Origin: a virus
Taxonomy: Duplodnaviria > Heunggongvirae > Uroviricota > Caudoviricetes
IMG/VR virus record: IMGVR_UViG_3300006139_000005
Location: 26,050 to 90,049 of that record
Length of the DNA stretch: 64,000 nucleotides
Strand: one strand, 5' to 3'
Below the pieces are notes generated by a model, which searched no databases, had not been told where the DNA came from, and was given only the letters and a program-made list of their open reading frames with translations. A program made the translations under genes and the position numbers. Shown here piece by piece: positions 44,441 through 55,000 of this stretch (its first letter is position 1; each line of letters opens with the position of its first letter).

Positions 44441-44470
44441 TTGACAGGCAAGGGAAAATACGCTATAATA
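44441..44470 (+). promoter_or_regulatory. consensus sigma-A promoter TTGACA-N18-TATAAT preceded by the AACGAATAAAATCA motif
   Basis: perfect hexamers. Confidence 0.55.
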
Positions 44471-44485
44471 AGGAGGTAGTAAACC

Positions 44486-46090
44486 TTGGATTTCAAAACT
44501 GCCCTTTTCTGCGAGTTTGATAAGTACGCCGCAGAAAGTTACTGTGCTGTGCATGGTATTGATCCGGCACTCAATATTGGCGATATTACTAAGGCCGATG
44601 AGAAGATGGTGCCAGACTTTAATACCATGTTTGGCGGAAGCCCTTGTCAGGACTTCAGTGTAGCGGGCAAACAGGGGGGGGCTGCATGGACTTGTAAGCA
44701 TTGCGGTCACACCTATAACCCATTAGAAGCTCACTATACTAAGCGCGACCATTGTCCCAGTTGCGGATCAACAGATATTAAGAAAACTCGTTCGTCACTT
44801 CTGGTTGAATGGTTACGTTTTCTCAGAGAGAAGAGGCCGCGCTTTGCTATTTACGAAAATGTGAAAAACATCGTCGGCTCACGCTTTCGTTCTACATTCG
44901 ATCTTTTTGTTAAGGAACTGGAAGACTACGGTTACAATGTCTACTGGCAGGTTCTGAATGCAAAAAACTATGGGATTCCGCAGAATCGTGAGCGTGTCTA
45001 TTGTGTCATTATCAGAAAAGATCTGGATAACGGAAAGTTCAAATTCCCTACTCCTATCCCACTGAAGCGTGCTCTGGTAGATATGCTGGATGAGAAAGTT
45101 GACGAGCATTACTACTTATCGGACGATAAGGTAGCAGCCATGATCGCCCCCCCCAGCCAGACAAATCAGTAATACCATCCGTACCGGTGGAAGAGGTTCC
45201 ACAGACCGCCACTGTTGGGACTTGCTCACTTGCCGGTGCAAAACTAAGTAAGAAAGGAACCCAGTTTAATGGGTACTGTGATACAGCTTTAACATTACTG
45301 GCCCGTGACTACAAAGGCTTCGGAAATCAACAAATGACAGGAGTAGTTGAAAAACATGAGAATCGTATGTGAGCAGCGATGTGACGAGGGTGTTCGTTTC
45401 TTCAAAGATGGCGTTTGTGGCACTATTCGCACTATTGATGGGGGGGGGGACAAGAGAGTGATTGAATCTGGAATCAAAGAGCCAGCGTTTCGAGTGCGGA
45501 AACTAACGCAGAAAGAATGCTGGAGGCTCATGGGCTTTACCGATGAAGATTTTTACAGCGCTCAGGCTGCTATGAATGAGAACATATATGGCGGTAATGA
45601 TCGTAGTGGCTCCCAGCTTTACAAGCAAGCCGGCAACTCTATTGTGGTGGATGTGCTTTGTGCTATTCTGGGAGAACTGTACCAGGCTATGCCGTATCTT
45701 TTCGAGGATATTGTGGTTGGCTCTTTCTTTTCTGGCATTGGAGCTTTTGAAAAGGCACTATCCACATTTGATAATGCTCCAATTAGCGGCGAACAAAATC
45801 ATAGCATCGAAGACAATGATCTTCGTCAGATTGGATATATCAACGACTACAACGGAGATGCCAACCGAATATATGATAGTGAAACTGTTGCCCGTGTTCT
45901 GAAAGCTGAAGCTGGCGGTGGTGGAGCAAAGACGGGATGGTATAAGGTCAAGGGCGTAATTGATCCACAGGGACGGCTCAACAAGAAATGTACTCTTAGG
46001 CAAGACTGCCCGACACTTAGAGCACAGCATCATGGCAATCCGCCGGAGGTTGTTTATGGAGAAAGTAAGGATCAGACAGGCGACCCGTAA
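44486..46090 (+). CDS. DNA (cytosine-5)-methyltransferase, interrupted (frames 44486-45172 / 45187-45372 / 45347-46090) and carrying a zinc-ribbon insertion
   Basis: motif I FCEFDKYA, IV GGSPCQDFSVAG, VI ENV, VIII QNRERV; TRD TLLARDYKG; IX/X RKLTQKECWRLMGFTDEDF...GNSIVV; frame changes at C8 (45147-45154) and A5 (45353 region); G8 and G10 tracts inside. Confidence 0.75.
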
Positions 46091-46238
46091 AGGTTTTATC
46101 GAGTGCGCTGTGTGTGGGGGGGGGTAGCGGATTTATCCTACCCGTCAAGTAAAACTCGAAGAGGCCGTGTTCAAGAAGATGGTTGGATTTGTCAAACTAT
46201 TACAGCAACAGAAACCGGCATTTGTCGGATAGAGAGGA

Positions 46239-46541
46239 ATGATACGATTGAGCATCACACTGAAAAATCGCCGTGAAGCATACGAGAATGTGAAACCGAA
46301 ACGGGATAGCCGCAAGGCTCTCATTTTGAACATACTTGAAAACGGCGATCCTGGTGGTATGACAGCAGAAGAGGTTGCACAACAGCTCCTTAAAGATGGG
46401 AAAATCCCGTACATTGATCCCAACTTCACTCGCCCACGTCTGACAGAGTTGAAAGAAGACGGCAAGATTGAGGTTGTCGGTAAACGGCGGAGTTTTATCA
46501 CAACTCGAAATACTGCGGTCTGGAAGGTGGTCAAACATTGA
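46239..46541 (+). CDS. hypothetical, possibly winged-helix protein
   Basis: 100 aa; poor RBS. Confidence 0.4.
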   Translation: MIRLSITLKNRREAYENVKPKRDSRKALILNILENGDPGGMTAEEVAQQLLKDGKIPYIDPNFTRPRLTELKEDGKIEVVGKRRSFITTRNTAVWKVVKH

Positions 46542-46795
46542 CACCAGATAGATATACTTGCTTGGACTGTGGAAGAACCTTTGAGGAACCGAAACAATGG
46601 GAGGAGCGGCATGGCCTGGATACACCACCATATGAAAAATTTAGTGGCTGTCCATTCTGTGGTGGTGCTTATGCAGAAACAATCATTTGTGACGGCTGCG
46701 GAGAAGCAATAACCGGCGATTACGTCAGAATTGAATCCAGCGGAAAGCATTTCTGTGATTCTTGCTTTATGCTGAAATCATTCGGTGACGATTAA
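46538..46795 (+). CDS. zinc-ribbon protein (TTG start)
   Basis: AAGGTGG RBS; CLDCG...CPFCGG...CDGCG...CDSC. Confidence 0.5.
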   Translation: MTPDRYTCLDCGRTFEEPKQWEERHGLDTPPYEKFSGCPFCGGAYAETIICDGCGEAITGDYVRIESSGKHFCDSCFMLKSFGDD

Positions 46796-46832
46796 AATTT
46801 CGCATAATAACAAACAAAATCAAGGAGGAAAC

Positions 46833-47579
46833 ATGGCAGACGTAAAAATCGAAGACCTGAGCCTTATTCAAAAGTTGGCTGGCATCAGGAAAATGGTTGA
46901 AGTTATCCGCAAAAACAAGAGTGGCTTCAACTACAAGTATGTGTCCGAAGATGAAATTTTGGCCCGTGTGACGGCTGGTATGGATAAGTACCATGTGCTT
47001 CTGTATCCTGGCATCGTGCCACAGACAGCAGAGGTCAGCCCGTACAACTACACGAAGATTAAGAACGCAAAAGACGGCAAGAGGATTGAGGAAAGCGTCA
47101 ACGAGGTTTTGGTAAAGGCTGATATGACCTTTACCTGGATCAACTTGGATAATCCCGACGATACATTGGTTGTTCCGTGGGTGATTGTTGGGCAACAGAG
47201 TGATGCAAGCCAAGCGGTTGGCAGCGGCCTCAGTTATCTCCATCGCTACTTCCTTTTGAAGTTCTTCCAGATTGCCACGCCCGATGATGACCCTGATAAT
47301 TGGCGTAGCAAGAAGCTCCAAGTAGCACAGGAAGAGGAGCGTGCATTGGTTACAGCGATGATCGACGAGATTGACGAGTTGGTGTCTGGCTATCTGAATG
47401 CTATCCAGGATGAAGAAAAGCTGAAAGACGCTCGTACCAAGCTGACTGCTGTGGTCAAAAAATACGTCAAGGACGACAAGGGTAAGGCATCTGGCAATTA
47501 CCGTATCGTTACCAATATGAAGACCGCCACCGAAGTTTTGGAAGCGGTTAAGAAATTTGTGGGAGGCAATGAAGAATGA
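46833..47579 (+). CDS. erf: ERF-family single-strand annealing protein
   Basis: GFNYKYVSEDEILARV matches the Erf core; AAGGAGG RBS; upstream of SSB. Confidence 0.6.
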   Translation: MADVKIEDLSLIQKLAGIRKMVEVIRKNKSGFNYKYVSEDEILARVTAGMDKYHVLLYPGIVPQTAEVSPYNYTKIKNAKDGKRIEESVNEVLVKADMTFTWINLDNPDDTLVVPWVIVGQQSDASQAVGSGLSYLHRYFLLKFFQIATPDDDPDNWRSKKLQVAQEEERALVTAMIDEIDELVSGYLNAIQDEEKLKDARTKLTAVVKKYVKDDKGKASGNYRIVTNMKTATEVLEAVKKFVGGNEE

Positions 47580-47992
47580 ACTGTATCATCATCAAGGGCC
47601 GTTTGACGGCTGATCCTGAGTTGCGCCGCACTCAGTCCGACACTGCTGTTTGTACGGTGAATGTGGCGGTTGACCGACCCTATTCAAAAGACAAAGAGAC
47701 TGATTTCTTCTCTGTGGTGTTCTGGCGGCAGACTGCGGAGTTCGTCTCGAAGTATTTTACCAAGGGGCAGGAAATTCTGGTGCAGGGTGAGATGCAGAGC
47801 CGGCACTACACTGACAAGGAAGACAATAAGCGCATCGCCTGGGAGATCAAGGCTGACCGTGTGGAGTTCTGCGGTAGCAAGGGGCAGAATGGTGGAGATA
47901 ACGACGCTTCGGCACCGGCCAAGTCCAGCGGAAAGAAGTCTCCGCCTCCTACTTCTGAAGAAGAGGGCGACGATGGTGAACTTCCGTTCTAA
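47576..47992 (+). CDS. ssb: single-stranded DNA-binding protein
   Basis: OB-fold N-terminus, Gly/Ser-rich linker, acidic tail DDGELPF. Confidence 0.8.
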   Translation: MNCIIIKGRLTADPELRRTQSDTAVCTVNVAVDRPYSKDKETDFFSVVFWRQTAEFVSKYFTKGQEILVQGEMQSRHYTDKEDNKRIAWEIKADRVEFCGSKGQNGGDNDASAPAKSSGKKSPPPTSEEEGDDGELPF

Positions 47993-48002
47993 GGAGTAGT
48001 AA

Positions 48003-48773
48003 ATGCGATACGACCTAATGATTGAGCCTATGGAATGGAGTTATTCACGCCTCACAGCATTTGAAGATTGTCCATATCTATGGCTCCAGCGATATATCTA
48101 CAATATCCAAGGTCAATCGAAATTCTTCGCTCAATACGGAAGCCTGATGCACTCAATTCTTCAACAATATTTGACTGGTGCTTTGAATAAGCAGGAACTG
48201 GTTCCCTACTACCTGTCTCATTTTACCGAGGATATTACAGATAAAGCACCGTCACACAAAATCTACATGGGCTATCTGGAGCAGGGGCGGCAGTATCTCA
48301 AAACTCTGTCGTTCCCTGACCGCCAGATTATCAAGGTAGAGGATAGAATGCAATTCCAATTTGCGGGCTATCCGTTCATTGGTTTTTTGGATGTGCTTTC
48401 AGAGGACGAAAACGGCAAACTCTACATCACCGATCATAAGTCCAGAGCATTAAAGCCAAGATCGAACCGAACCAAACCAACACTCTCTGATCTGGAACTT
48501 GATAAATACCAACGTCAGCTTTATATCTACGCTGCCGCTGTGAGTCAGCTGTATGATCGTTACCCAGATTATATTGAGTTCAACTGCTTTCGCACAGGGA
48601 CATGGATCTGTGAGCCGTTCCGATATGAGCGTCTGATGGAAGTTGAAGTATGGGCAAAACGGCTCATCGAAAAGATTACAGTGACCAACGATTGGTATGC
48701 AAACCTTGATTTCTGGTTTTGCAAGCATTTATGCGATGTGGCACCAGAATGTGAGTACGAAGAATTTCTATGA
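48003..48773 (+). CDS. PD-(D/E)xK nuclease of the Cas4/RecB superfamily
   Basis: one N-terminal Cys (FEDCPYLW) plus CKHLCDVAPEC C-terminal Fe-S cysteines; FLD...ITDHK catalytic pattern. Confidence 0.65.
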   Translation: MRYDLMIEPMEWSYSRLTAFEDCPYLWLQRYIYNIQGQSKFFAQYGSLMHSILQQYLTGALNKQELVPYYLSHFTEDITDKAPSHKIYMGYLEQGRQYLKTLSFPDRQIIKVEDRMQFQFAGYPFIGFLDVLSEDENGKLYITDHKSRALKPRSNRTKPTLSDLELDKYQRQLYIYAAAVSQLYDRYPDYIEFNCFRTGTWICEPFRYERLMEVEVWAKRLIEKITVTNDWYANLDFWFCKHLCDVAPECEYEEFL

Positions 48774-48811
48774 TGAAAGTCTGGTTTTATTCGGAAAAAA
48801 GGCGGCGAAGG

Positions 48812-49036
48812 ATGAAAGAAAAATTATTTGAACTGCTGGAAGAAATCAACCAAAACTGTGATACAGAGTGTGAACAGAAAATTAAAGATTTTCTACACAC
48901 TCTTGGTGCAGAACAGATTGAAGTGTCTGTTGACGAAATGTTTGACAGTTGTGGGTTGGATGTTTATTCCGTTTCCGTTGCCTGGATAGAGGGCGGAAAA
49001 ATCCAGCTTGCAGTTGGAAGCATTGAAATGTGCTGA
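48812..49036 (+). CDS. hypothetical protein
   Basis: GGCGGCGAAGG RBS region; 74 aa. Confidence 0.4.
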   Translation: MKEKLFELLEEINQNCDTECEQKIKDFLHTLGAEQIEVSVDEMFDSCGLDVYSVSVAWIEGGKIQLAVGSIEMC

Positions 49037-49077
49037 AAACTATCGTATGCAACTGTGACAATAATAGGGAGGATAAT

Positions 49078-49881
49078 ATGAATTTTTTCATTACACAAGA
49101 GGAACTTGCCCAGCGTAAGCATATCAACTTCACCGTGGACATGGATGCTTCTGGTCTGCTTATTTCCAGTTGCCTATCAGATATTGCAGTCGCTTCTACA
49201 ATTCAAAAACCCAGTGTAGAGCTTTTGACCGATCTGAACCATCTCTCTTGGCTGGAATTGAACAGCATCGGTCAAAGTGGGCTTGCTCGCCAGCAGATTG
49301 CTCTTGGAGCTGTCAAGACGGATCACATGAAGAACGGCTTTAATGCTGAGTATCGGATTATCGGGTTTGACCATGACGATTTGGCAGACAACTCCGGTAA
49401 GGCTCCTTTCACATGGCAGATGGTTCGTGTGTATAAGGACGAGCGTTCCATGAATGACAGTGGCACCAATAGAGGTGGCTGGGACGCGAGCGATATGCGG
49501 AGATGGCTCAATACAGAGTTTTTGGAGCTTTGCTCTGATGAATTACAGTCGGTTATTCGTCCAGTAGTCAAACTCACTTCTGCTGGTGGTGAGAGCAAAG
49601 AAATCGTCAAGAGTATTGATCGAATCTTTATCCTCAGTGAAAAGGAAGTGTTTGGGCGAGTTATTTACTCAGCTCCTGGTGAGGGGCATTGGTATGAATA
49701 CTTCCGACTGGAGGATGTACCGTATTTTGCTCTGAATGAAGACGACACTGCTGTGTGGTGGTGGTTGCGTTCCCCCTTTTACGGCAACACCAGCTGTTTC
49801 TGTTATGTGTACAGCAACGGCGGCATCTACTCCAACTTTGCTTCCTGGTCGGCGGGCGTGCGCCCCGGCTTTAGTTTCTAA
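49078..49881 (+). CDS. hypothetical protein (DUF1566/Lcl-C-like C-terminus)
   Basis: WWWLRSP...NGG...GVRPGF resembles the DUF1566 tail. Confidence 0.45.
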   Translation: MNFFITQEELAQRKHINFTVDMDASGLLISSCLSDIAVASTIQKPSVELLTDLNHLSWLELNSIGQSGLARQQIALGAVKTDHMKNGFNAEYRIIGFDHDDLADNSGKAPFTWQMVRVYKDERSMNDSGTNRGGWDASDMRRWLNTEFLELCSDELQSVIRPVVKLTSAGGESKEIVKSIDRIFILSEKEVFGRVIYSAPGEGHWYEYFRLEDVPYFALNEDDTAVWWWLRSPFYGNTSCFCYVYSNGGIYSNFASWSAGVRPGFSF

Positions 49882-49940
49882 TCTTGAATCATGGTAAAGT
49901 CAAGCCCACGGAAGTGGGCTGACTTTCCAGACGGATCGAG

Positions 49941-51914
49941 GTGATTTTATCTGTGCAAATCGACCGTGATGCAATTATGCAGGCCAAGGAAAAACTCGGT
50001 GATGATAACGCTCGAATTATCATAGAAGAGCTTGGCATTGTTGACTATGACGAGCGTGATATGAAGTGCTGCTGCCCGTTTCACCAAGAGGATCACGCCA
50101 GTTTCATTTATAACAAAAAAGCATTCAATTTTAGATGCTTTGGGGCGTGTTCTCGTAGTTATGACATTCTCGATGTGCTGATGTATAAAGGAATGACATA
50201 TGCCCAGGCGTGCCGCAAACTTTTCGATCTGGCCGGTATGCCATATTCTTTCGGTGAACTTGGAGTAAAGACACGGCGGCAGTATCAATACCCCAAAGAG
50301 GTTATATGCGATGATAAATCTCGTGTGTACGAATACTTCCAAAAGCGTAAGATTAGCCCACAGACGATAGACTATGCCGATGTGCGCCAGGACAGTGAGG
50401 GGAACACCGTTTTCAATTACTACGACACCAACGATGTGTTGACAATGGTGAAATATCGCCCGTCCAGAAAAGTCAAAAAAGGCGAGAACAAATGCTGGTG
50501 TCAAAAAGGTGCAGACACAACCCCACTTCTGTTTAATATGAATCGTATCAATACAACCGTCCCTTTGTTGATCTGCGAAGGTGAGCCAGATTGTCTATCT
50601 GCAATCGAGTCTGGTTTTACAAATGCCGTATCCGTTCCTCTTGGAAGCACAAATTTCCATTGGATTGAAGAAAACTGGGACTTTCTTGAACAATTCGATT
50701 CCATTATTATCTGTTCTGATAATGATGAGGCTGGCCTTAAAATGCAGAAAGAGTGTATTTACCGTTTAGGCAGCTGGCGGACAAAGGTGGTTGAAGTCCC
50801 ACAATTTTATGTGGATGAAGCCGCAAATACCAAATACTCCGTAAACGATCTCAACGAAGTCCTCTATTATTACGGGAAAGAAAAGGTTATGGAAATTATT
50901 CTGGATGCCAAAGACTCACCTGTTCCTGGTGTGGTTGACTTCTCTGATATTGAGGATATTGACCTTGACGCTCTTGACGGCATTCCGACAGGGCTTCCTA
51001 ACCTTGACCGATATCTAATGAAGCTGTTTTACGGAACACTAAACATTGTGACAGGTATCAATGGTAGTGGTAAGTCATCATTTTTGAACCAAGTGATTTG
51101 TCAGTGCCTGGATCGAGATGAAAATGCCTATCTGTTCTCTGGTGAGTTGCCAAATTTCCAGGCAAAAAACTGGTTGAACTTCATCTTTGCGGGGCAGAGA
51201 AATGTAAAGGAATGTCAGTACAACGATTCTATCTTCTATAAGGTGACGCCGGAAGCAAAAAGAGCGATTAGCGAGTTTTACCGAGGGCGACTCTATATTC
51301 GGCAGGACGGAGAATCCAATAAGTCAGCAGACCTTTTGAAGTCTATGGAGGACTCGGTAAGGAAGTATGGGACGAAGCTGTTGATTCTTGACAACCTGAC
51401 AGCTATTAACTTGGAGAGCAACGATAACAATAAATACGATAAACAGGCTGATTTTATTATGGATCTGATTGCTTTTGCTGTGAAGTTCAATGTCGTTGTA
51501 ATCTTGGTAGTACATCCACACAAAATTGACATGATGCGTCGGTTGAGTAAGATGGATGTGCAGGGCATTTCGGCCATTATTGATCTTGCTCATCGTATTA
51601 TCAGCCTCTACCGTGTGCAAGAGTCTGACCGGCAAGGTATCCCAAAGCTCAATGGAAGTGGATGGAAAGTTAAGCCAATTAAAGCGGATGTTATCTTCGA
51701 CATCTTGAAAGACCGATTGACTGGCTATGAAAGCCGTAGCATTGAAACATTTTATGATCGCCCGTCCAGACGGTTTTTCACAACCGAGGCTGAACTGGAT
51801 TATCAATACGCTTGGGACAAGAGGCGATACACAACTCCGCTTCCATTCCCACCTCAGCAGCTGGTAGAGGATGACAGCGAAGATGAGGTATTCGGAAGAA
51901 CAAGCGATCAATAA
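49941..51914 (+). CDS. bifunctional DNA primase/helicase (T7 gp4-like)
   Basis: CHC2 zinc finger CCCPFHQEDHASF...CFGAC; TOPRIM LLICEGEPD...SDNDEAG; Walker A GINGSGKSSF. Confidence 0.8.
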   Translation: MILSVQIDRDAIMQAKEKLGDDNARIIIEELGIVDYDERDMKCCCPFHQEDHASFIYNKKAFNFRCFGACSRSYDILDVLMYKGMTYAQACRKLFDLAGMPYSFGELGVKTRRQYQYPKEVICDDKSRVYEYFQKRKISPQTIDYADVRQDSEGNTVFNYYDTNDVLTMVKYRPSRKVKKGENKCWCQKGADTTPLLFNMNRINTTVPLLICEGEPDCLSAIESGFTNAVSVPLGSTNFHWIEENWDFLEQFDSIIICSDNDEAGLKMQKECIYRLGSWRTKVVEVPQFYVDEAANTKYSVNDLNEVLYYYGKEKVMEIILDAKDSPVPGVVDFSDIEDIDLDALDGIPTGLPNLDRYLMKLFYGTLNIVTGINGSGKSSFLNQVICQCLDRDENAYLFSGELPNFQAKNWLNFIFAGQRNVKECQYNDSIFYKVTPEAKRAISEFYRGRLYIRQDGESNKSADLLKSMEDSVRKYGTKLLILDNLTAINLESNDNNKYDKQADFIMDLIAFAVKFNVVVILVVHPHKIDMMRRLSKMDVQGISAIIDLAHRIISLYRVQESDRQGIPKLNGSGWKVKPIKADVIFDILKDRLTGYESRSIETFYDRPSRRFFTTEAELDYQYAWDKRRYTTPLPFPPQQLVEDDSEDEVFGRTSDQ

Positions 51915-52016
51915 TCAGCACGAAACCATGTACCGAAAAGGCAAAATCATAAATCAAACAGTATTGTGAGTTTTGTTGACGATACAAATATGGTTCGTGA
52001 AATAGGAGAAGTCAAT

Positions 52017-55000
52017 ATGAGTGATAAAAACTATACCGTATATCATCTGCATACCGAACTGTCTCTGCTTGACAGCGCAACCAAATTCTCAGACTATATT
52101 GCTCGTGCTGTCGAACTTGGGCAATCTGCGATTGCTTTTACTGAGCATGGAAACATCTATCAGTGGATCGAAAAAAAGATGGCTTGTGATAAAGCTGGTC
52201 TAAAATATCTTCACGGTTGTGAAGTTTATTTAACAGAAGCCCTCTTAGTTCCACCTGATAAAAAAGAGATACAGCGGCAAGTAATGGAAGAGGCCGCTCA
52301 GAGAGATCGTGAACAAAAAGCTCTTGCTGAACGCCTACTTGCCGAAATGGAAAGAGCAAACTATCAAGAAGAACCAGATTTAGGCTCGATTACGCAAGAC
52401 GATGCACAATGCGAACCAGATGATTATGCGGAACGGCGATTTACAGAATTGATGGAAGCTGGGATGCACAAGGTACGTGACAACTACCATACAATCCTAA
52501 TTGCTAAGAATTATGCGGGCCTTCAGGAAATGAACGAGTTGATTAGTCGGTCTACTCGTGACGATCACTTTTACTATAAACCCAGGATTTCATTTGACGA
52601 ATTTCTTGGTCTTTCAGATAACGTCATCAAAATAAGTGCTTGTCTCGCCTCTCCACTCAATAAAATGAGTATTCGGCATCCGATGTATGAACGCATTTTG
52701 AAGCACTATGACTATCTGGAAATCCAGCCGCACGATCATCCAGAGCAAATTGCGTACAACCGTCATCTGGTAGATATGTCTCAGCGTTACCGTATTCCGC
52801 TGATTGCTGGTACTGATACACATAGTCTCAACAAATACAAAGCAGAGTGTAGGAGTATCATGCAACTGTCAAAGCATATTGAATTTGCTGACGAAGACAG
52901 TTTTGATCTTACCTACAAGTCATACGAAGAATTGGTAGCGATGTTCGCTAAGCAAAATGCTATCCCAGAAATCATCTATCTTGAGGCAATCGAAAATACC
53001 AATCGTATGGCGGCATCTGTTGAGTCCTTTGAGTTGGACACATCTTTCAAGTATCCGCCACTTTATGGTGATCGTGACAGAGAGGTGTTGCATAAGGTAC
53101 TGGATAACAACTTGCAATCGAAAATTGCAGATGGTGCTATTACACCTGAACAGGTAGAACCGTTCAAAGAGGCGATTGCCGAAGAATGCCGCGTATTCGA
53201 TAAAATTGATATGTCCGGCTTCATGTTGTTCATGTCTGAGTTGGTAACATGGTGTAAAGAGAACGGCATCCCGATTGGTTTTAACCGCGGCTCCTGTGGC
53301 GGCTCCCGCGTGGCCTATGTGTCCAATACGACAGATCTTAACCCAGAGACATGGCACACTGTTTTCTCCCGTTTTTGCAATGAGGACAGAAAAGAAATCG
53401 GAGACATTGATATTGATGTTTCCCCTTCTCAACGTGATTTAGTCTACGACTACATTATCAACCGTTTTGGGCAGGAGCGCACCGCATTTATTCTTGCTAT
53501 CGGCACAATCAAGTCCAAAGGCTGTATTGACGAGATTTGTCGTGCATTAGGTGTAAAGTGGAATAAAGAACACCAGCACGATGAAAAAGGGTTCCGAAAA
53601 GCATTAGAAATGTTGAAAAATGAAAACATCACCATCAGATTTGGTGATGCACGGGACGGTTTCTCTGCATACTGTTTTGATGAGGCTGGGAATCTGATGT
53701 TGCCCAGTCGTATGAAAGATGTTCCACGTGCAGAACTTGTCAAACAGTTTACCAAAGAGTACAGTAAATTGAAAGAAGAAAACGAAAAGATTTTTGCTAA
53801 AAACCCGTGGGTTGGCAAAATCAGCGCAACGATCAAAAAAGAGTTCGAGGCAGACGAGGATGCGGCACGGAAGAAATACCCAGATGTTTTCTACTACTAT
53901 GATGGCTTGCTTGATGTGGCAATCTCCCAGTCAATGCACCCAGCCGGCATTGTGGCAAGTCCAATCACTCTGCGAGATAATTATGGCACCTTTATTTCTG
54001 ACGGCAAAGAGATCTTGCAGATTGATATGGAGTGCGTGCATGATGTTAGTTTGGTCAAGTATGACATTCTTGGACTGAAGAACATTGAGATTGTCAAAGA
54101 CGCTTATGAGCTAATGGGGAAGCCGTATCCAAAGTCCCATGAAATTAACTGGAATGACGAAGCAGTATGGAAAGATATGCTCCGCTCTCCGGTTGGAATC
54201 TTTCAGTTTGAGGGTGACTTCGCTTTCCAAATGCTCAAACAATACGAACCACACAGTATTTTTGACATGAGTTTAATTACGGCAGCACTTCGTCCGTCTG
54301 GTGCGTCCTATCGTGATGATCTCATGCAGCATAAGCCGCACAAGAACCCATCTGCTCTTATTGATGAGCTGTTGAAAGATAATAACGGATACCTAATTTA
54401 CCAAGAGGACGTTATCAAATTTTTACAGCAAATTTGTGGTTTCTCTGGTTCTGATGCCGACAATACACGGCGCACCATCGCCCGTAAGAAGCCAGAGGAC
54501 TTGGAGAAAATTTTACCTGACATCCTAAATGGGTATTGTGAAAAGTCACCACAGCCCAGAGAAATCGCAGAACAGGAAGCAAAAGAATTTTTGCAGATCA
54601 TAAGCGATGCTTCCAGCTATATGTTTGGCTATAACCATTCAGTTGGATATTGCATGATTGGTTATCTTTGCGCTTACCTACGGTACTATCACCCATACGA
54701 ATTTATCACCGCATACCTCAACAATGCCAATGGTGAGGAAGATGTGAAGAATGGTAATGAACTTGCGACACTCTATGGCATCAAGATCGTGCCTCCTCGT
54801 TTCGGATTTTCAAAGGATAAGTACCTGCTTAACAAGGAGGAAAAGGTAATTGCTAAGGGAATCAGCTCTGTCAAATATATGAACGCCGATGTTGCAAACG
54901 AGCTGTATGAACTGGCTGAGGCTGGTAAGCCAAAATCGTTTATGGAATTGCTTCAGCTTATGAATGAGCGGACGCACCTGGACACACGCCAAAGAGATAT

